Below, piece by piece: positions 10,770-21,439 of a stretch of DNA of 64,000 nucleotides. The notes beneath the pieces were generated by a model. The model was given only the letters and a program-made list of their open reading frames with translations, was not told the origin of the DNA and made no database searches. How positions within the stretch are numbered: the stretch's first letter is position 1; the number at the start of each line of letters is the position of its first letter. Location: contig JALVSY010000007.1 of NCBI GenBank assembly GCA_027036135.1, forward strand, positions 292,880 through 356,879. Reading direction: 5' to 3'. Made by a program: the position numbers and the translations under genes. This DNA is from Pyrodictiaceae archaeon (GTDB taxonomy: Archaea > Thermoproteota > Thermoprotei_A > Sulfolobales > Pyrodictiaceae).

Positions 10770-11968
10770 TAAGGGCGTTGAGGGCGTCGGTTATTGCGTG
10801 GAAAGAGATACTGGAATTTATAAGGGATAGAAGAAGCATTGCCCTTATGACTATCTCGGCATTTCTCTTTCCCCTATTAGGGCTCGTGATAACCGGGCTT
10901 CAAACTAAGCAAATGGCACGAGTTGCGATAATCGTGTGTGATAACGGAAGCTATGCAGAGAGCTTCTCTAAGAAACTAGTGGCAGCAATACATAGCACAC
11001 CAGGGCTTGTCCCAGTATTAGTTCAAGGCAAGTGCAGTTTTCCAGAAGACATAGTGGCAGCAATAATTATACCGAAAGGGTTCAGTATCAATGCATCCTC
11101 ACTTGACAAGCCCGTTTTCATAAAGTTTTATCGCGTTGTGGGTAAGGCTTCGGCTGACCAGGCTGCTAATGTTCTTAACTCCGTCGCTGCTTCGTTAGCA
11201 CAGAACATCTCTATACAGAGGATAAAAACAATAGCCAAGAGGGCCGGGTTATCGCTAAACCCGAACTATGTACGAAACCCCGTCTATCTCGTAACAGAGA
11301 GTATTAGTAGCAGTGGCGCCCCAGCACCGCCTAGCCTTATTAGGCGAGCTGATGTAGCAAGGTTCTTGGCCTTCTCTGTATTCTTCGTCTTGAACCCAGC
11401 CGCTATAGCTGTGGCTGACGCAATAACACGCGAAAGAGAGAGTGGAACTGGAGAGTTGTTAGCTATCTCGCCTATTACTGGGCTAGACCTTCTTCTGGGA
11501 AAAACTGCTGGCGCCCTAGTAGCAGCATCAATTGCTGGAGGGCTTGACGCGGCAGCGGTTATAGCATACGTCTACATGGTTCTTGGCGGTGTAGACCCGG
11601 GGCTCATACTTGTGCACGTAACTGGTGTTCTGCTAGCTGTCTTGGTAACAGCTGCATTCACCATGTTTATAACACTGGTTGTTCCAGGTCAGAGAGCGGC
11701 CACCCTCGTAGCTAGTCTAATAACGGGGCTTGCAACAATAGTGTTCCTCTCAGCGCTTTTCGTTGATTACAACACGCTGCCAATGCTTGTAAAGAGCATT
11801 TTCTATTCTATTCCCTATACCTACGTGGTCTTAGCGATTAAGGCCTATGCTCTTCAACAAGAATCGCTTGCCATCACTTATCTCGGCGTACTGCTTGCTT
11901 TAACAATAGCAGCCCTTATAGGTGCAGCGAGAGCTTATAAGCCAGAGCGCCTCGTTAAGAGAATATAG
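10766..11968 (+). CDS. ABC-2 type permease (NatB-like)
   Basis: KEILEFIRDRR N-terminus, ERESGTGELL motif, about 6-7 TM helices; overlaps the ATPase stop codon. Confidence 0.88.
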   Translation: MIRALRASVIAWKEILEFIRDRRSIALMTISAFLFPLLGLVITGLQTKQMARVAIIVCDNGSYAESFSKKLVAAIHSTPGLVPVLVQGKCSFPEDIVAAIIIPKGFSINASSLDKPVFIKFYRVVGKASADQAANVLNSVAASLAQNISIQRIKTIAKRAGLSLNPNYVRNPVYLVTESISSSGAPAPPSLIRRADVARFLAFSVFFVLNPAAIAVADAITRERESGTGELLAISPITGLDLLLGKTAGALVAASIAGGLDAAAVIAYVYMVLGGVDPGLILVHVTGVLLAVLVTAAFTMFITLVVPGQRAATLVASLITGLATIVFLSALFVDYNTLPMLVKSIFYSIPYTYVVLAIKAYALQQESLAITYLGVLLALTIAALIGAARAYKPERLVKRI

Positions 11969-11979
11969 GCCTAGTCTCA

Positions 11980-12049
11980 TGGATGATGTTAACCCGATTG
12001 AACCCCCTGCGAGCCCCGCTGGCTATGAGCGAGGAGGCCAGGCTGACCA
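11980..12049 (+). ncRNA. C/D box sRNA candidate
   Basis: TGG/CCA stem, C ATGATGT, D' GCGA, AGCC-loop-GGCT hairpin, C' ATGAG, D CTGA. Confidence 0.55.
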
Positions 12050-12063
12050 GCTATTGCCTTACT

Positions 12064-12915
12064 CTACCTTAGTACTACTATTACTTGTTTCCAGCCAGGT
12101 AATAGAGGATTGACCTCCAATAGCTCGTAACCCCCCTCTCGCATATACCTTGCCAACAATGTTAACGTTTCTCTCATATCCGTTAATGGTGGATGTACTT
12201 CAACGATTAGGCCTCTAATGCGGCCAGAACTTAGAAGACCAGTCCTAATACTATGCTCTATAACTTCTCGCTCCTCTCCCTCAATATCGAGCTTAAGTAG
12301 ATCAATACGCGCAATTTTATGAAAACGCATTAATTCTTCAAGCGTTATACAGGGCAGCGTTATCTTATCACTTACGTCCTCTTCCATCTCATCTAGGTAA
12401 AGAGGATTGGTTGAGGATAGGGCCCAGTACCTTGTCAATAATAGCTCGCGTGTACCCGGTTTACCGCACAAGAGCCTAGGCTCAACCCTACTAATATGCT
12501 CTAACTTGTTAGCTAGGAGATTCTCGTAAAGCACCCTACGTGCTAATGGACTTGGCTCAACAGAGATAATTAGCCCTTGTCGCTTCATCTCTAGGCCTGC
12601 TAGTACCGAGAAGAAGCCGAGAAAAGCACCAGCATCAATTATCGTTGCTCCTGGCCTGATTAAATCCGAGACTAGGTCAAGTCTATAATCATCTAGACAG
12701 AATATGTGCAGTAGATTAGCCCAAGCCTCTGGCATCTGGTTACAAGGAATTAATAGAATTGCTCCAAAATGATCTAACCTTATCCTTATATCCATGCCCG
12801 GCCTCTCGAAGCAATACCTTATATGCTTCTTTAAGAGACTAGCTATTCTGGCTCCTAGACATCTCTCAGTTATTGATACGAGCCACGCAATATATTCCTC
12901 GTCACCCATAGCCAT
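12064..12915 (-). CDS. FkbM family SAM-dependent methyltransferase
   Basis: IIDAGAFLG, VEP, IDLLKLDIEGEE and EVH motifs. Confidence 0.88.
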   Translation of the reverse strand: MAMGDEEYIAWLVSITERCLGARIASLLKKHIRYCFERPGMDIRIRLDHFGAILLIPCNQMPEAWANLLHIFCLDDYRLDLVSDLIRPGATIIDAGAFLGFFSVLAGLEMKRQGLIISVEPSPLARRVLYENLLANKLEHISRVEPRLLCGKPGTRELLLTRYWALSSTNPLYLDEMEEDVSDKITLPCITLEELMRFHKIARIDLLKLDIEGEEREVIEHSIRTGLLSSGRIRGLIVEVHPPLTDMRETLTLLARYMREGGYELLEVNPLLPGWKQVIVVLR

Positions 12916-12967
12916 TTAGCGCGCACCTAGAATACTCAAGTACGACGTAACTACTTCATACAGTGTT

Positions 12968-13031
12968 GGGGATGAGGCCTGGGGGCTCCACGAGCCCTAA
13001 TGGCTATGAAGAGTAGTCCCATCACCGACCC
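12968..13031 (+). ncRNA. C/D box sRNA candidate
   Basis: GGG/CCC stem, C GATGAGG, D' ACGA, AGCC-loop-GGCT hairpin, C' ATGAAGA, D CCGA. Confidence 0.6.
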
Positions 13032-13132
13032 TTTATTTATCTCCTTTCAATAGGCCTTTGTGGAAAACAAAGCCTTAGTATGCATAGGGGTTCCGAGCCC
13101 CCTATTAGGCTAGCAGAGTTATAGCTTCTATG

Positions 13133-13200
13133 AGGGTGTGATGAGCTGGGTCCTTGCGGTTGCCCTCTGAGTCTTGATGAGGGTTTCGCGCCCTGACCCT
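13133..13200 (+). ncRNA. C/D box sRNA; D guide complementary to 16S rRNA GGCGCGAAACC
   Basis: AGGGT/ACCCT terminal stem, C GTGATGA, D' CTGA, C' TGATGA, guide GGGTTTCGCGCC, D CTGA. Confidence 0.88.
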
Positions 13201-13411
13201 AAGCATCTATGTTGTCTCATATCCGGATTCTACGCATGTAATTATCCCATGAACTATCAATTACTATTCAGCATTTTCATCAAAGAAGAAATCCATTAGC
13301 TGCGCTTACCTCTAAATAATACTAAGGAGCGATAACGCCTATATGGATGGGGAAGAGGGTAATTTTTAACTCTCTGGCCCTATACTTAGCGGTAATTGGA
13401 GTGGTGGGAGT

Positions 13412-14425
13412 ATGCTGTTACCACCTCTGACCTTAGAGGCAAGGGTACCTAGAAGGTTCAAAGAGCTAGCCGCTGCTGCGCAGGGCAAGCTAGGAGGAAT
13501 ATCTGGGCTAATAGAATTCTACAAGGACATGCTAATGGGTGCTGCAGAGCCCGGTCAAGCACCAAAGAAGATAAGCGAGATCGTTGGCGGCATAGTACGT
13601 GTAGAGATGCTTGGCGAGAAATACGTAGCACTTAAGAACTTCAGCATGAATGATCTCCTCTACTACCTACGCATGATGCAGAGTTTTGGACTAGTAAGAG
13701 TCGTCGCCTTCACAGAGGCACCTAGGAGGCTAAACGATGTCGCCCTGCAGCGAACACTACTAGGCGACACTGTGGTTAAGGCCGCTGATAGACCGGAAGC
13801 AGCCGTAATGCTTGGCTTCTACATGGGCGTAGTATTTGACACACCTGCTAGGCATACACTATTCGTAGGAAACGAGGCAGAAAGCATCATAGACATAGCT
13901 CTCGATGAGAGGTTTAAGAAGGCCTATGCGTACAACACAGTGCTAAGTGGACAAGCACTAATGCGGGCATCAGCAGAGCAAATGGTTGCAGGTGGTAGAG
14001 GAAGGCCATGGTATGAGCCGTTCAGTGACCTAAGCGGAATAGTGGCGCTCCTTGGCGCATTACAAGTAGCAAAGATAAGGCCATCTCCCGACAAGATTCT
14101 AGGCATTAGAGTACTAAGTAAGATAAAGAAGCAGGTACTAAAGCTCGTAGACCCGTATGGCGACTACATGCTAGCACGCGGCACGCTAGTCTTAGAGCTA
14201 GACAAGCTGATCAACGAGAGGGAGGAAGACCCAGTAGTAGGCGTCAAGTACGAGAAACTAGGCGTGGGAATGGCCAAGGACATATCATGGTTCAGAGGAA
14301 AGATACCAAGTAGAGCATATACAGCACTAGAGGCAGTAACAAAAGCTGTGAAGGAGAGAAGAGAAGAGATTAAGAAAGAGCTTGAACAGCTCTTCAACCT
14401 GACGTTCGGGTTTAAGAAAGAGTAA
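13412..14425 (+). CDS. Hypothetical protein (337 aa, soluble)
   Basis: Long ORF with RBS, strongly host-like codon use and a downstream T-rich terminator; no motif recognised. Confidence 0.75.
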   Translation: MLLPPLTLEARVPRRFKELAAAAQGKLGGISGLIEFYKDMLMGAAEPGQAPKKISEIVGGIVRVEMLGEKYVALKNFSMNDLLYYLRMMQSFGLVRVVAFTEAPRRLNDVALQRTLLGDTVVKAADRPEAAVMLGFYMGVVFDTPARHTLFVGNEAESIIDIALDERFKKAYAYNTVLSGQALMRASAEQMVAGGRGRPWYEPFSDLSGIVALLGALQVAKIRPSPDKILGIRVLSKIKKQVLKLVDPYGDYMLARGTLVLELDKLINEREEDPVVGVKYEKLGVGMAKDISWFRGKIPSRAYTALEAVTKAVKERREEIKKELEQLFNLTFGFKKE

Positions 14426-14623
14426 TGCATATTCTAAAGCTATAATATTTTTTCTTAAACAAAAATAGTATTTCTTCATACTTCTATATTATTAGAACAA
14501 AACGCGTTCATGGCTTACTTGTTACGTCTTATATAGCGGGATAATATAAGCATTTCTAGTAAGAACTTAGTGCTCAAAAGTTAATTGTAATACCGCTCTT
14601 ACCTAGAGCGGGGTTCTAGTAGC

Positions 14624-15631
14624 TTGGTTGAGATAGAGACGCCTGCGATAGTGACCGAGACTGGTGCTATACTACTAGGCGAGTTTATATCAGTGGATGG
14701 CCATCATCCTAGGCGCAAGATACGTGTAGTGACACATATTCACGAGGATCATATAAGAGGGCTAGGCAGGAGTATACGTGAGTCTGATTTTATTGCTGCA
14801 ACCCCTCTTACACTTGATTTACTGGATGTGATGGGGCATAAGATTCCGCCTATGAAGCGCTTAGAGATGCCATACAATGTTAGGGTACGGATAGAAGATG
14901 ACATTCTCCGGCTCTTACGTGCAAGACACATCCCGGGCGCTGCCGAGGTACTAGTTGAGCTCGGTAATGGACTTACTGTTGGTTATACAGGTGATTTCAA
15001 GCTGCCCGGTACCGATATCATGCGTGAACTCGATGTCCTCGTTATAGATGCGACCTATGGGTTAGAGGAGCATACGAGGCCCTGGCAAGAGGAAATGGAG
15101 TACCTATTGGCCGACATTGTTCGTGAAGGACTTATGCAGGGCCCAGTTCACCTCTATGCCTATAATGGTAAAGTTGAGGAAGTCATGATTATTCTTAGAA
15201 GATTTGACATAGATGCGCCATTTATCGTTAGTACGCGGACTTATCGCCTGGCTAGGATAATGTGTAAGCATGGATATTGCATCGACAATATATATACCTA
15301 TAGAAGCAAAGCAGCCGAGGAAGCAGCCCGAGAAGGATACTATATCAGGTTTCATCATTACTCGTCCTGGTGGCGTTACGGGAGAAACGGGCAGGGTACC
15401 CACATACTCCTTACGGGATGGGAGCTACGAGAGCCTTATAGAAGACTCTCTCCAAGGGAGTGGATAGTATCGTTTAGTGATCACGCTGATTTCCGGCAAC
15501 TTATTAGCTATGTTGAGGAAGCAAAGCCTAAGATGCTCTTAGTTGACGCGTATAGAGGTGGGCGAGCTGCTTATTTCTTTGCAGACTATGTGTCCAAGAG
15601 ACTGGGTATAAAGGCTGCTGCCATGCCCTAG
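14624..15631 (+). CDS. MBL/beta-CASP family exonuclease (SNM1-like)
   Basis: THIHEDH, HIPGA, YTGDF, DATYG and SDHADF motifs. Confidence 0.85.
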   Translation: MVEIETPAIVTETGAILLGEFISVDGHHPRRKIRVVTHIHEDHIRGLGRSIRESDFIAATPLTLDLLDVMGHKIPPMKRLEMPYNVRVRIEDDILRLLRARHIPGAAEVLVELGNGLTVGYTGDFKLPGTDIMRELDVLVIDATYGLEEHTRPWQEEMEYLLADIVREGLMQGPVHLYAYNGKVEEVMIILRRFDIDAPFIVSTRTYRLARIMCKHGYCIDNIYTYRSKAAEEAAREGYYIRFHHYSSWWRYGRNGQGTHILLTGWELREPYRRLSPREWIVSFSDHADFRQLISYVEEAKPKMLLVDAYRGGRAAYFFADYVSKRLGIKAAAMP

Positions 15632-15647
15632 AGGCGGGTGCTAAGAA

Positions 15648-15932
15648 TTGGATGTAGATATTAAGCACCTGGCTTGGCTTGCACGCATAGAGCTCACAGA
15701 GGATGAGGCCCAGAATCTACGTAGGAGGATCGAGGGGGCTATGAGGATTATTAGTAAGCTTCTTGAAGCTGATATCAAGGGGCTTGAGCCTCTTTATCAT
15801 CCACAAGAGGAGGCTAGTTATCTTCGCCCCGACGAGGTAAAGCCTCCGAGAGCGAGTAGGGAGAAAATGCTAGATAATGCCGCTAGGGTGGAGAACGGGT
15901 TTATTGTTGCTCCTCGAACCGTTGAAGACTAG
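15648..15932 (+). CDS. gatC: Asp-tRNA(Asn)/Glu-tRNA(Gln) amidotransferase subunit C
   Basis: IKHLAWLARIEL...LRPD...NA...GFIVAPR pattern. Confidence 0.9.
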   Translation: MDVDIKHLAWLARIELTEDEAQNLRRRIEGAMRIISKLLEADIKGLEPLYHPQEEASYLRPDEVKPPRASREKMLDNAARVENGFIVAPRTVED

Positions 15933-16752
15933 AACGGCGTAGCTCTTTCACTATTTCTGCGAGCTTCTCGGCCTTGGCTGGATCTATTGGTTTCTTGGTA
16001 TCGTTTCCTATCTTGATTGATGTACCGACTATGAATCCATCAGCTATGTTCCAGTAGGCTCTTATATTGTTGATGCTTATCCCGCTTCCAATGAGAACTG
16101 GCTTAAAGCCTGCGAGCTTCTTGATCGCCGCCACGTATCCCGGGCTTGGGGCCTGCGATGTTGCATGCCCGCTTACTATTATGGCGTCCATGCGTCCTCG
16201 GGATGCACAATCATGTATTACTTCCTCTAGGTTTCTTGCCCCAAGGGGGTCGCTATGTTTTACATCTACGTCGGCTAATACTAGTATATGGCGGTCCATT
16301 TGCTGCCTTATAGTCTCGAGCCGTGAGGCGATGGGATGAAGTATGCCTTCTGGGGCAACTCGGGTCTCGCAGTATGCATTTACTCTGATAAAATGAGCGC
16401 TTGAGGAGTAGGCAATAGCTAGAGCTTGTAGTCCTGCATTTCTTAGTAAGCTTATCCCTACTCTTAGGTTTGAACTCTTGACAACTTCACGGGCTACTAT
16501 ACTCATAGCTGTTAGCGCTACATCGTTTACACGCTCGTTAGGAAACGGGTTGTCCGAGTAATTCTCGAGTATTACGGCGTCAAAGCCGGCGCGCTCTAAC
16601 TTCTCAGCCTCTCGTAGGGCATAGCCAATTAACCTTTCTATCCCGGAGAAACCTTGATGCGAGCCAGGTAGTGGAGGAAGATGAATAACGCCGATGAGGG
16701 GCTTAAAGCCTAGTACAGGTATAATGATTTCCATATGGTATCTCCTCAGCAT
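15901..16752 (-). CDS. BtpA/SgcQ family TIM-barrel protein
   Basis: GVIHLPPLPGS, ENYSDNPF, ADVDVKHS and GFIVGTSIK motifs. Confidence 0.92.
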   Translation of the reverse strand: MLRRYHMEIIIPVLGFKPLIGVIHLPPLPGSHQGFSGIERLIGYALREAEKLERAGFDAVILENYSDNPFPNERVNDVALTAMSIVAREVVKSSNLRVGISLLRNAGLQALAIAYSSSAHFIRVNAYCETRVAPEGILHPIASRLETIRQQMDRHILVLADVDVKHSDPLGARNLEEVIHDCASRGRMDAIIVSGHATSQAPSPGYVAAIKKLAGFKPVLIGSGISINNIRAYWNIADGFIVGTSIKIGNDTKKPIDPAKAEKLAEIVKELRRSSLQRFEEQQ

Positions 16753-16915
16753 AGTTTCTTGGAGTCAACTTACATTATTTAAACCGAATAACAACTTAGC
16801 AATATAAAGGCCTTGTTGTTAAAAGAGGTCTCGGAGTTACATGGGGACTCGCTGTCCCCAATCCGACCCGAGCCAGGGGGTGATGCACCTCCCCCTTTAC
16901 CGACACTAACTCCTA

Positions 16916-17335
16916 TCAGCTTTTCTCGATTACTTCTTTTACTATGTTAAGAACTCGTTCCTCTAACCGTGACTCCTGCGTTGCACCCATTATTACATCT
17001 GCTACGTGTCCATTAACGAATATTATGGTAGTTGGGATATTATCAACAGAGTACCTATCAGCGATCTCTGGTGCCTGATCTGTATCAAGGTATACGAATA
17101 TAATGCCTTTCTCGGGGCTAGCTAGCTTGCGAGCAACACGCTTAAACACTGGCGTATAGGCTTTACACGGATTACACCAAGGCGCTGAGAATTCTACAAC
17201 TACCACCTTGTACCTTGAGAGCAATTTGTCGAAGTCGTCCTTCCCTGCATATACTAGGGGATCACCAAGCTCTTTTTCAATTATCTTGATTTTTTCATTA
17301 ACAAGTTCCTTTATACTGTTTATTTCTTGCTGCAC
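16916..17335 (-). CDS. trxA: Thioredoxin
   Basis: FSAPWCNPC active site and cis-Pro IPT motif. Confidence 0.88.
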   Translation of the reverse strand: MQQEINSIKELVNEKIKIIEKELGDPLVYAGKDDFDKLLSRYKVVVVEFSAPWCNPCKAYTPVFKRVARKLASPEKGIIFVYLDTDQAPEIADRYSVDNIPTTIIFVNGHVADVIMGATQESRLEERVLNIVKEVIEKS

Positions 17336-17416
17336 CTTTCTCTCCCTAGCCTAGTGTCCTGGGCTGTACTCTTTAATTTGCCTCCTAGTACTAGTTCCTC
17401 ACGGGATAATCGAGCC

Positions 17417-17830
17417 TTGAAAGTGTTCTTCAAGGAATTCACTATAAGCACGTCTGAGCGTTTCCAAGTAATTAATATAACTAGCTATGTAGAGGAAGCC
17501 GTGAAGGAGAGCGGTATAAGGAATGGTATCTGTCTCGTATTCGTACCTCATGCTACTGCTGCCATTATAGCTAATGAGTACGAGCCAAATATTGTATCAG
17601 ATTATATAGAGCTAGTTAGGCAGGTCTTCAAGCCAGATTATGCGTGGAGACATAACCGTATAGATAATAATGCACACGCTCACTTGGCCTCCGCGGTCAT
17701 TGGTCCTTCGAGAATATTCCCAGTGAGAGAAGGAAGAATAGTTAGGGGTACATGGCAAGAAATACTACTCGTAGAGCTGGACGGGCCTAGGCCGCGTAGG
17801 CGAGTAATGGTAGAAGTTATGGGTGAATAA
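17417..17830 (+). CDS. YjbQ/UPF0047 family protein
   Basis: [17 protein letters not shown] and [15 protein letters not shown] motifs; likely TTG start at 17417. Confidence 0.92.
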   Translation: MKVFFKEFTISTSERFQVINITSYVEEAVKESGIRNGICLVFVPHATAAIIANEYEPNIVSDYIELVRQVFKPDYAWRHNRIDNNAHAHLASAVIGPSRIFPVREGRIVRGTWQEILLVELDGPRPRRRVMVEVMGE

Positions 17831-17832
17831 AT

Positions 17833-19020
17833 GTGGCAACCCCTAGTCCTAGACTCTACGTAGCATCTACGGACGATATTAGGAGCGGAAAGGTTACTGA
17901 CATATATTTTGTACGTACAAGGAAGATTCTTCACGAAAAAGGCTTATGCGATGTACGTGTGCGTGCTGAACTGCACGTGTACAGCCTGCCCCATGGATAT
18001 GAATGGGGTGTTTTTGCGGGACTGGAGGAGGCCTTAGCCATACTTAGCGGTAAGGGTGTTAATGTTTACGCTGTACCAGAGGGCACCATATTTAGGCCAA
18101 AGACACCATTAATGATAATTGAGGGCAAATACTGTGACTTCGCTGAACTAGAGACGCCAATCCTAGGCGTGCTTCGCCACGAATCAAGCATAGCTACTAA
18201 GGCAGCAAGAGTGAAGCTGGCTGCCGGCGACAAGGCCGTATTGTTCTTCGGGCTTAGGGCACTGCATCCAGCCATAGCGCCTATGGCTGACCGGGCAGCA
18301 TACATAGGTGGATGCGACTCTGTATCCGGCACTATTTCCGAGAAATTTCTTGGACTCAAGCCACAGGGCACAATGCCCCATGCACTAATAATAGTCTTTG
18401 GTGACCCTGTGGAGGCCTGGAAGGCTTTTGACGAAATAGTTGAGAAGGATGTTGCACGTGTAGCACTAGTTGACACCTTCTACGATGAGAGATACGAGAC
18501 GCTACGAGCCGCTGAGGTATTAGGAAAACGGCTTGCCGCTGTGAGACTTGATACCCCGAGTAGTAGACGAGGAAATATGAGACAAATAGTTGAAGAAGTG
18601 CGATGGACGCTTGACTTACATGGATATAACCATGTAAAAATTATTGTGAGCGGGGGGCTTGACGAGAACAAGATAAGAGAGTTACGAGACGTTGTTGATG
18701 CTTTCGGCGTTGGCACCTCGATAGCGTTTCCACCTAGTATAGATATAAGCATGGACATAGTAGAGGTGGAAAGAGACGGGAAATGGGTACCAATCTCAAA
18801 GCGTGGGAAACTACCTGGTGCGAAAAAGCTCTATCGGTGCAAGCCATTAGAGGATATAATGACACCGTGGAGCCAGGATGAGCCACCACTCTGTAGCGAC
18901 GGTTCTTCAGCAAAACTATTAATGAAGAAATACATGGAGAATGGGAGAATTATAGAAAGGCTTCCTAGCATCAATGAGATAAGAAGCTATGTGCTTGAAC
19001 AGTTAAAGAGCTTGGAGTAA
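17833..19020 (+). CDS. pncB: Nicotinate phosphoribosyltransferase
   Basis: [33 protein letters not shown] and GVGT motifs. Confidence 0.93.
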   Translation: MATPSPRLYVASTDDIRSGKVTDIYFVRTRKILHEKGLCDVRVRAELHVYSLPHGYEWGVFAGLEEALAILSGKGVNVYAVPEGTIFRPKTPLMIIEGKYCDFAELETPILGVLRHESSIATKAARVKLAAGDKAVLFFGLRALHPAIAPMADRAAYIGGCDSVSGTISEKFLGLKPQGTMPHALIIVFGDPVEAWKAFDEIVEKDVARVALVDTFYDERYETLRAAEVLGKRLAAVRLDTPSSRRGNMRQIVEEVRWTLDLHGYNHVKIIVSGGLDENKIRELRDVVDAFGVGTSIAFPPSIDISMDIVEVERDGKWVPISKRGKLPGAKKLYRCKPLEDIMTPWSQDEPPLCSDGSSAKLLMKKYMENGRIIERLPSINEIRSYVLEQLKSLE

Positions 19021-21030
19021 TCTTAGTCCTACTAGGGCACCGAGTTTAATTGCCTCGATGATGGGGCTTATTTTCTGTACTTGCGTTGTCCCTCTACTCA
19101 TAACAACGACATCACAATGTGGAATACTAGTCTGTATTGGATCAATATCGATAGTGTTTCCGGATAATATGTTACGACCACAGAACATGGTACAATGCGC
19201 ACTAGCACACACTACTCTTAAAAGTCTATCATTTAGGCGAGTGACTATAGAACCTCTTCGCGGAAGCTTGATATTAATGCTGCGCACGTTTGTTCCGTCA
19301 CCTACACGAATATTACTATCCCCCGAGAGGCGTAGAACTACATTATTTGCTTCAACAGGAATAAACACATCATTTATACTTATTGGGATAATCCCGCTTT
19401 TTTCGTAGCTGAGGCCGATGAGCAATGAATAGTTCTGAATTCCCATGGGTTTTACTGAAACAAGCTGCGGAACCTCTTTAACTAGCGGTCCCGCTAGCTG
19501 CTCATAGTCTACATTCTGCCTAATTACATGTCCTTGCGGAGTGGCTAGACCGATTATACATTTATTTTCTTTATTAACGTATATTTTAATACTATTATTA
19601 TCTTCCGGCATTAAAATACAAGGTGAATACCTAATAACGCGCGACACATTGCCCTGAATCCTGCATTTAGCAATAACCGTGTCTATATCACTGAATCGTA
19701 ATGGTTTACATATAAGTTGTGCATCAACATGAGTCTTAGACTTAGCTGTAATAGGCACGCATTTGTCGCCGTAGCATAGCTCTAGGTTTTCAAAAATATT
19801 GCCCTTGCATACACCATTATCATTAATAACAAATACAGCCTCCGAGCCAAATACATGACTTGGCTCATAGCTTTTTGTGCCAATGCGTAATGCTATTCTT
19901 TCTTCGCTAACGTCTAGTCCGTTTACATGTATAATGCACTTCCCGCAGTGTGTACCAAGGCAAATAGTATTTTGTCCTGCACTGTATATTAGAGCATTTA
20001 TATCACTAAGAGTGTCGTCAAGGTTTACGGGACCAAACATTTTCTCTATACTCTTGAGCACTATTTTCTCTATATTGCGGAGATCTGCTGGTGCCATTAC
20101 TTTTTTAATATCTATACCGTCTCTCCTTAGAACAGTGATATATATTGGTGAAGAAGCTATAATGGCCGCTACAAAGTACTTTTTATCGTTATTTTCTATA
20201 AATGATAAAATATATGGATTAATTATATTAAAATTATCAGTATAACTAAATGTATCAACAAATATTTTTCCCGCATAAAATGGATAAAATGTACCATTAA
20301 TAGGCTCAAAGTCACAAAGAACTAGGGAAGACCCATGCGCATCACGTATACTTATAATATCGTCACAACTAGCAAGAGGCTCAACACCGCTAGCACGGGA
20401 TAAAGAGAATAATACTTTACTTGACTTACTATATAGCAGGACGGAGCTAGGCCCCCGGGCTAAATCAACACCGAGTGGCTCAATTTCCTCTGTCAACGCT
20501 GCATCAATGAGCCCCGTGCTCGGCGAGAGAATTCTAATATAGTCCTTAAAGACCAGGAGGAGGACACCGTTGCGAAACAATATCCGCCGAGGCTTTTCAC
20601 CAGCTATCCATGTCGACGTAAACCCGCTTAGATCATCTATTATAGCATAGTATTCACGGCCCCTTCTATATATTAAAGCCACTGAGTCAAAGTAATCAAA
20701 TACACTGACCACTTTAACGTTATCAGAGGACTCGCAAAGACAACTATCTCTCCAGCAGAACCTTAAGGATCCACTGAACCTCGAAGACTTGATATAGTAG
20801 ATCGCACTAGGACCTCTAACCCACCATCCATCCTCCCAGCATTTAGGTAACTGCACCACCGACCCATTTAGAGGGATAACTCGTATCACTTTACCCTCAG
20901 ATATTAGTTCAACGAATAATTTGTTCTTATAAAAGAAGACCTTATACAAATTAGTATCATCGTTTACTGCTTCAACTCTGCTGAGCTTAAACGGCAGCTC
21001 AAGCCTCATTACTTTTTGCCTAGTTACCAA
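19003..21030 (-). CDS. Hypothetical beta-strand-rich, Cys-rich protein (675 aa)
   Basis: Long AT-rich ORF; short beta-strand periodicity; no recognised motif or signal peptide. Confidence 0.65.
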   Translation of the reverse strand: MVTRQKVMRLELPFKLSRVEAVNDDTNLYKVFFYKNKLFVELISEGKVIRVIPLNGSVVQLPKCWEDGWWVRGPSAIYYIKSSRFSGSLRFCWRDSCLCESSDNVKVVSVFDYFDSVALIYRRGREYYAIIDDLSGFTSTWIAGEKPRRILFRNGVLLLVFKDYIRILSPSTGLIDAALTEEIEPLGVDLARGPSSVLLYSKSSKVLFSLSRASGVEPLASCDDIISIRDAHGSSLVLCDFEPINGTFYPFYAGKIFVDTFSYTDNFNIINPYILSFIENNDKKYFVAAIIASSPIYITVLRRDGIDIKKVMAPADLRNIEKIVLKSIEKMFGPVNLDDTLSDINALIYSAGQNTICLGTHCGKCIIHVNGLDVSEERIALRIGTKSYEPSHVFGSEAVFVINDNGVCKGNIFENLELCYGDKCVPITAKSKTHVDAQLICKPLRFSDIDTVIAKCRIQGNVSRVIRYSPCILMPEDNNSIKIYVNKENKCIIGLATPQGHVIRQNVDYEQLAGPLVKEVPQLVSVKPMGIQNYSLLIGLSYEKSGIIPISINDVFIPVEANNVVLRLSGDSNIRVGDGTNVRSINIKLPRRGSIVTRLNDRLLRVVCASAHCTMFCGRNILSGNTIDIDPIQTSIPHCDVVVMSRGTTQVQKISPIIEAIKLGALVGLRLLQAL

Positions 21031-21139
21031 GCACCCCAGAATTGACTAGTAATGGTAGAAGTGTAAGAGAGGACACCGAACCTAAACTATTGTCAAAGAA
21101 GAGAGGAATAGCGGCGGGGGCCCGCGGTTTGCGGGCTCT

Positions 21140-21216
21140 TGGTAGCGGGGGGTGGATTTGAACCACCGACCTCGGGGTTATGAGCCCCGCGGGCTACCAG
21201 GCTACCCTACCCCGCT
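21140..21216 (-). tRNA. tRNA-Met(CAT), initiator
   Basis: AGCGGGG..CTCATAA..GGTTCAAATCC..CCCCGCT-A-CCA; A1-U72 pair and G-C-rich anticodon stem typical of archaeal initiator tRNA; CCA encoded. Confidence 0.96.
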
Positions 21217-21439
21217 AGGCTACCCCGCCATCCACCATGTACTAAGGAGTACTACATCTAAGGCCTCCTCTATATACCTTACGCCTTGACAGACTATTTA
21301 TCACGGAATTTATAGCGATAGAGACGACGTATTATAGATGGAAATCGTGAGTATTATTAATCATTGCCAATATAATATGAGGCGTATTGGGGGATGACTT
21401 AACCTCCCCGCAGCAAACTGATCATATGGTGCTGAAAGG

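Noticed and set aside
16830-16905. TGGGGAC/GTCCCCA hairpin plus GTGATGC...CCGA
   Set aside because: Possible degenerate C/D sRNA, but no convincing C box; insufficient support
21377-21421. ATGAGG...ATGA...CTGA upstream of the MGMT gene
   Set aside because: Box spacing is inconsistent with a full C/D sRNA
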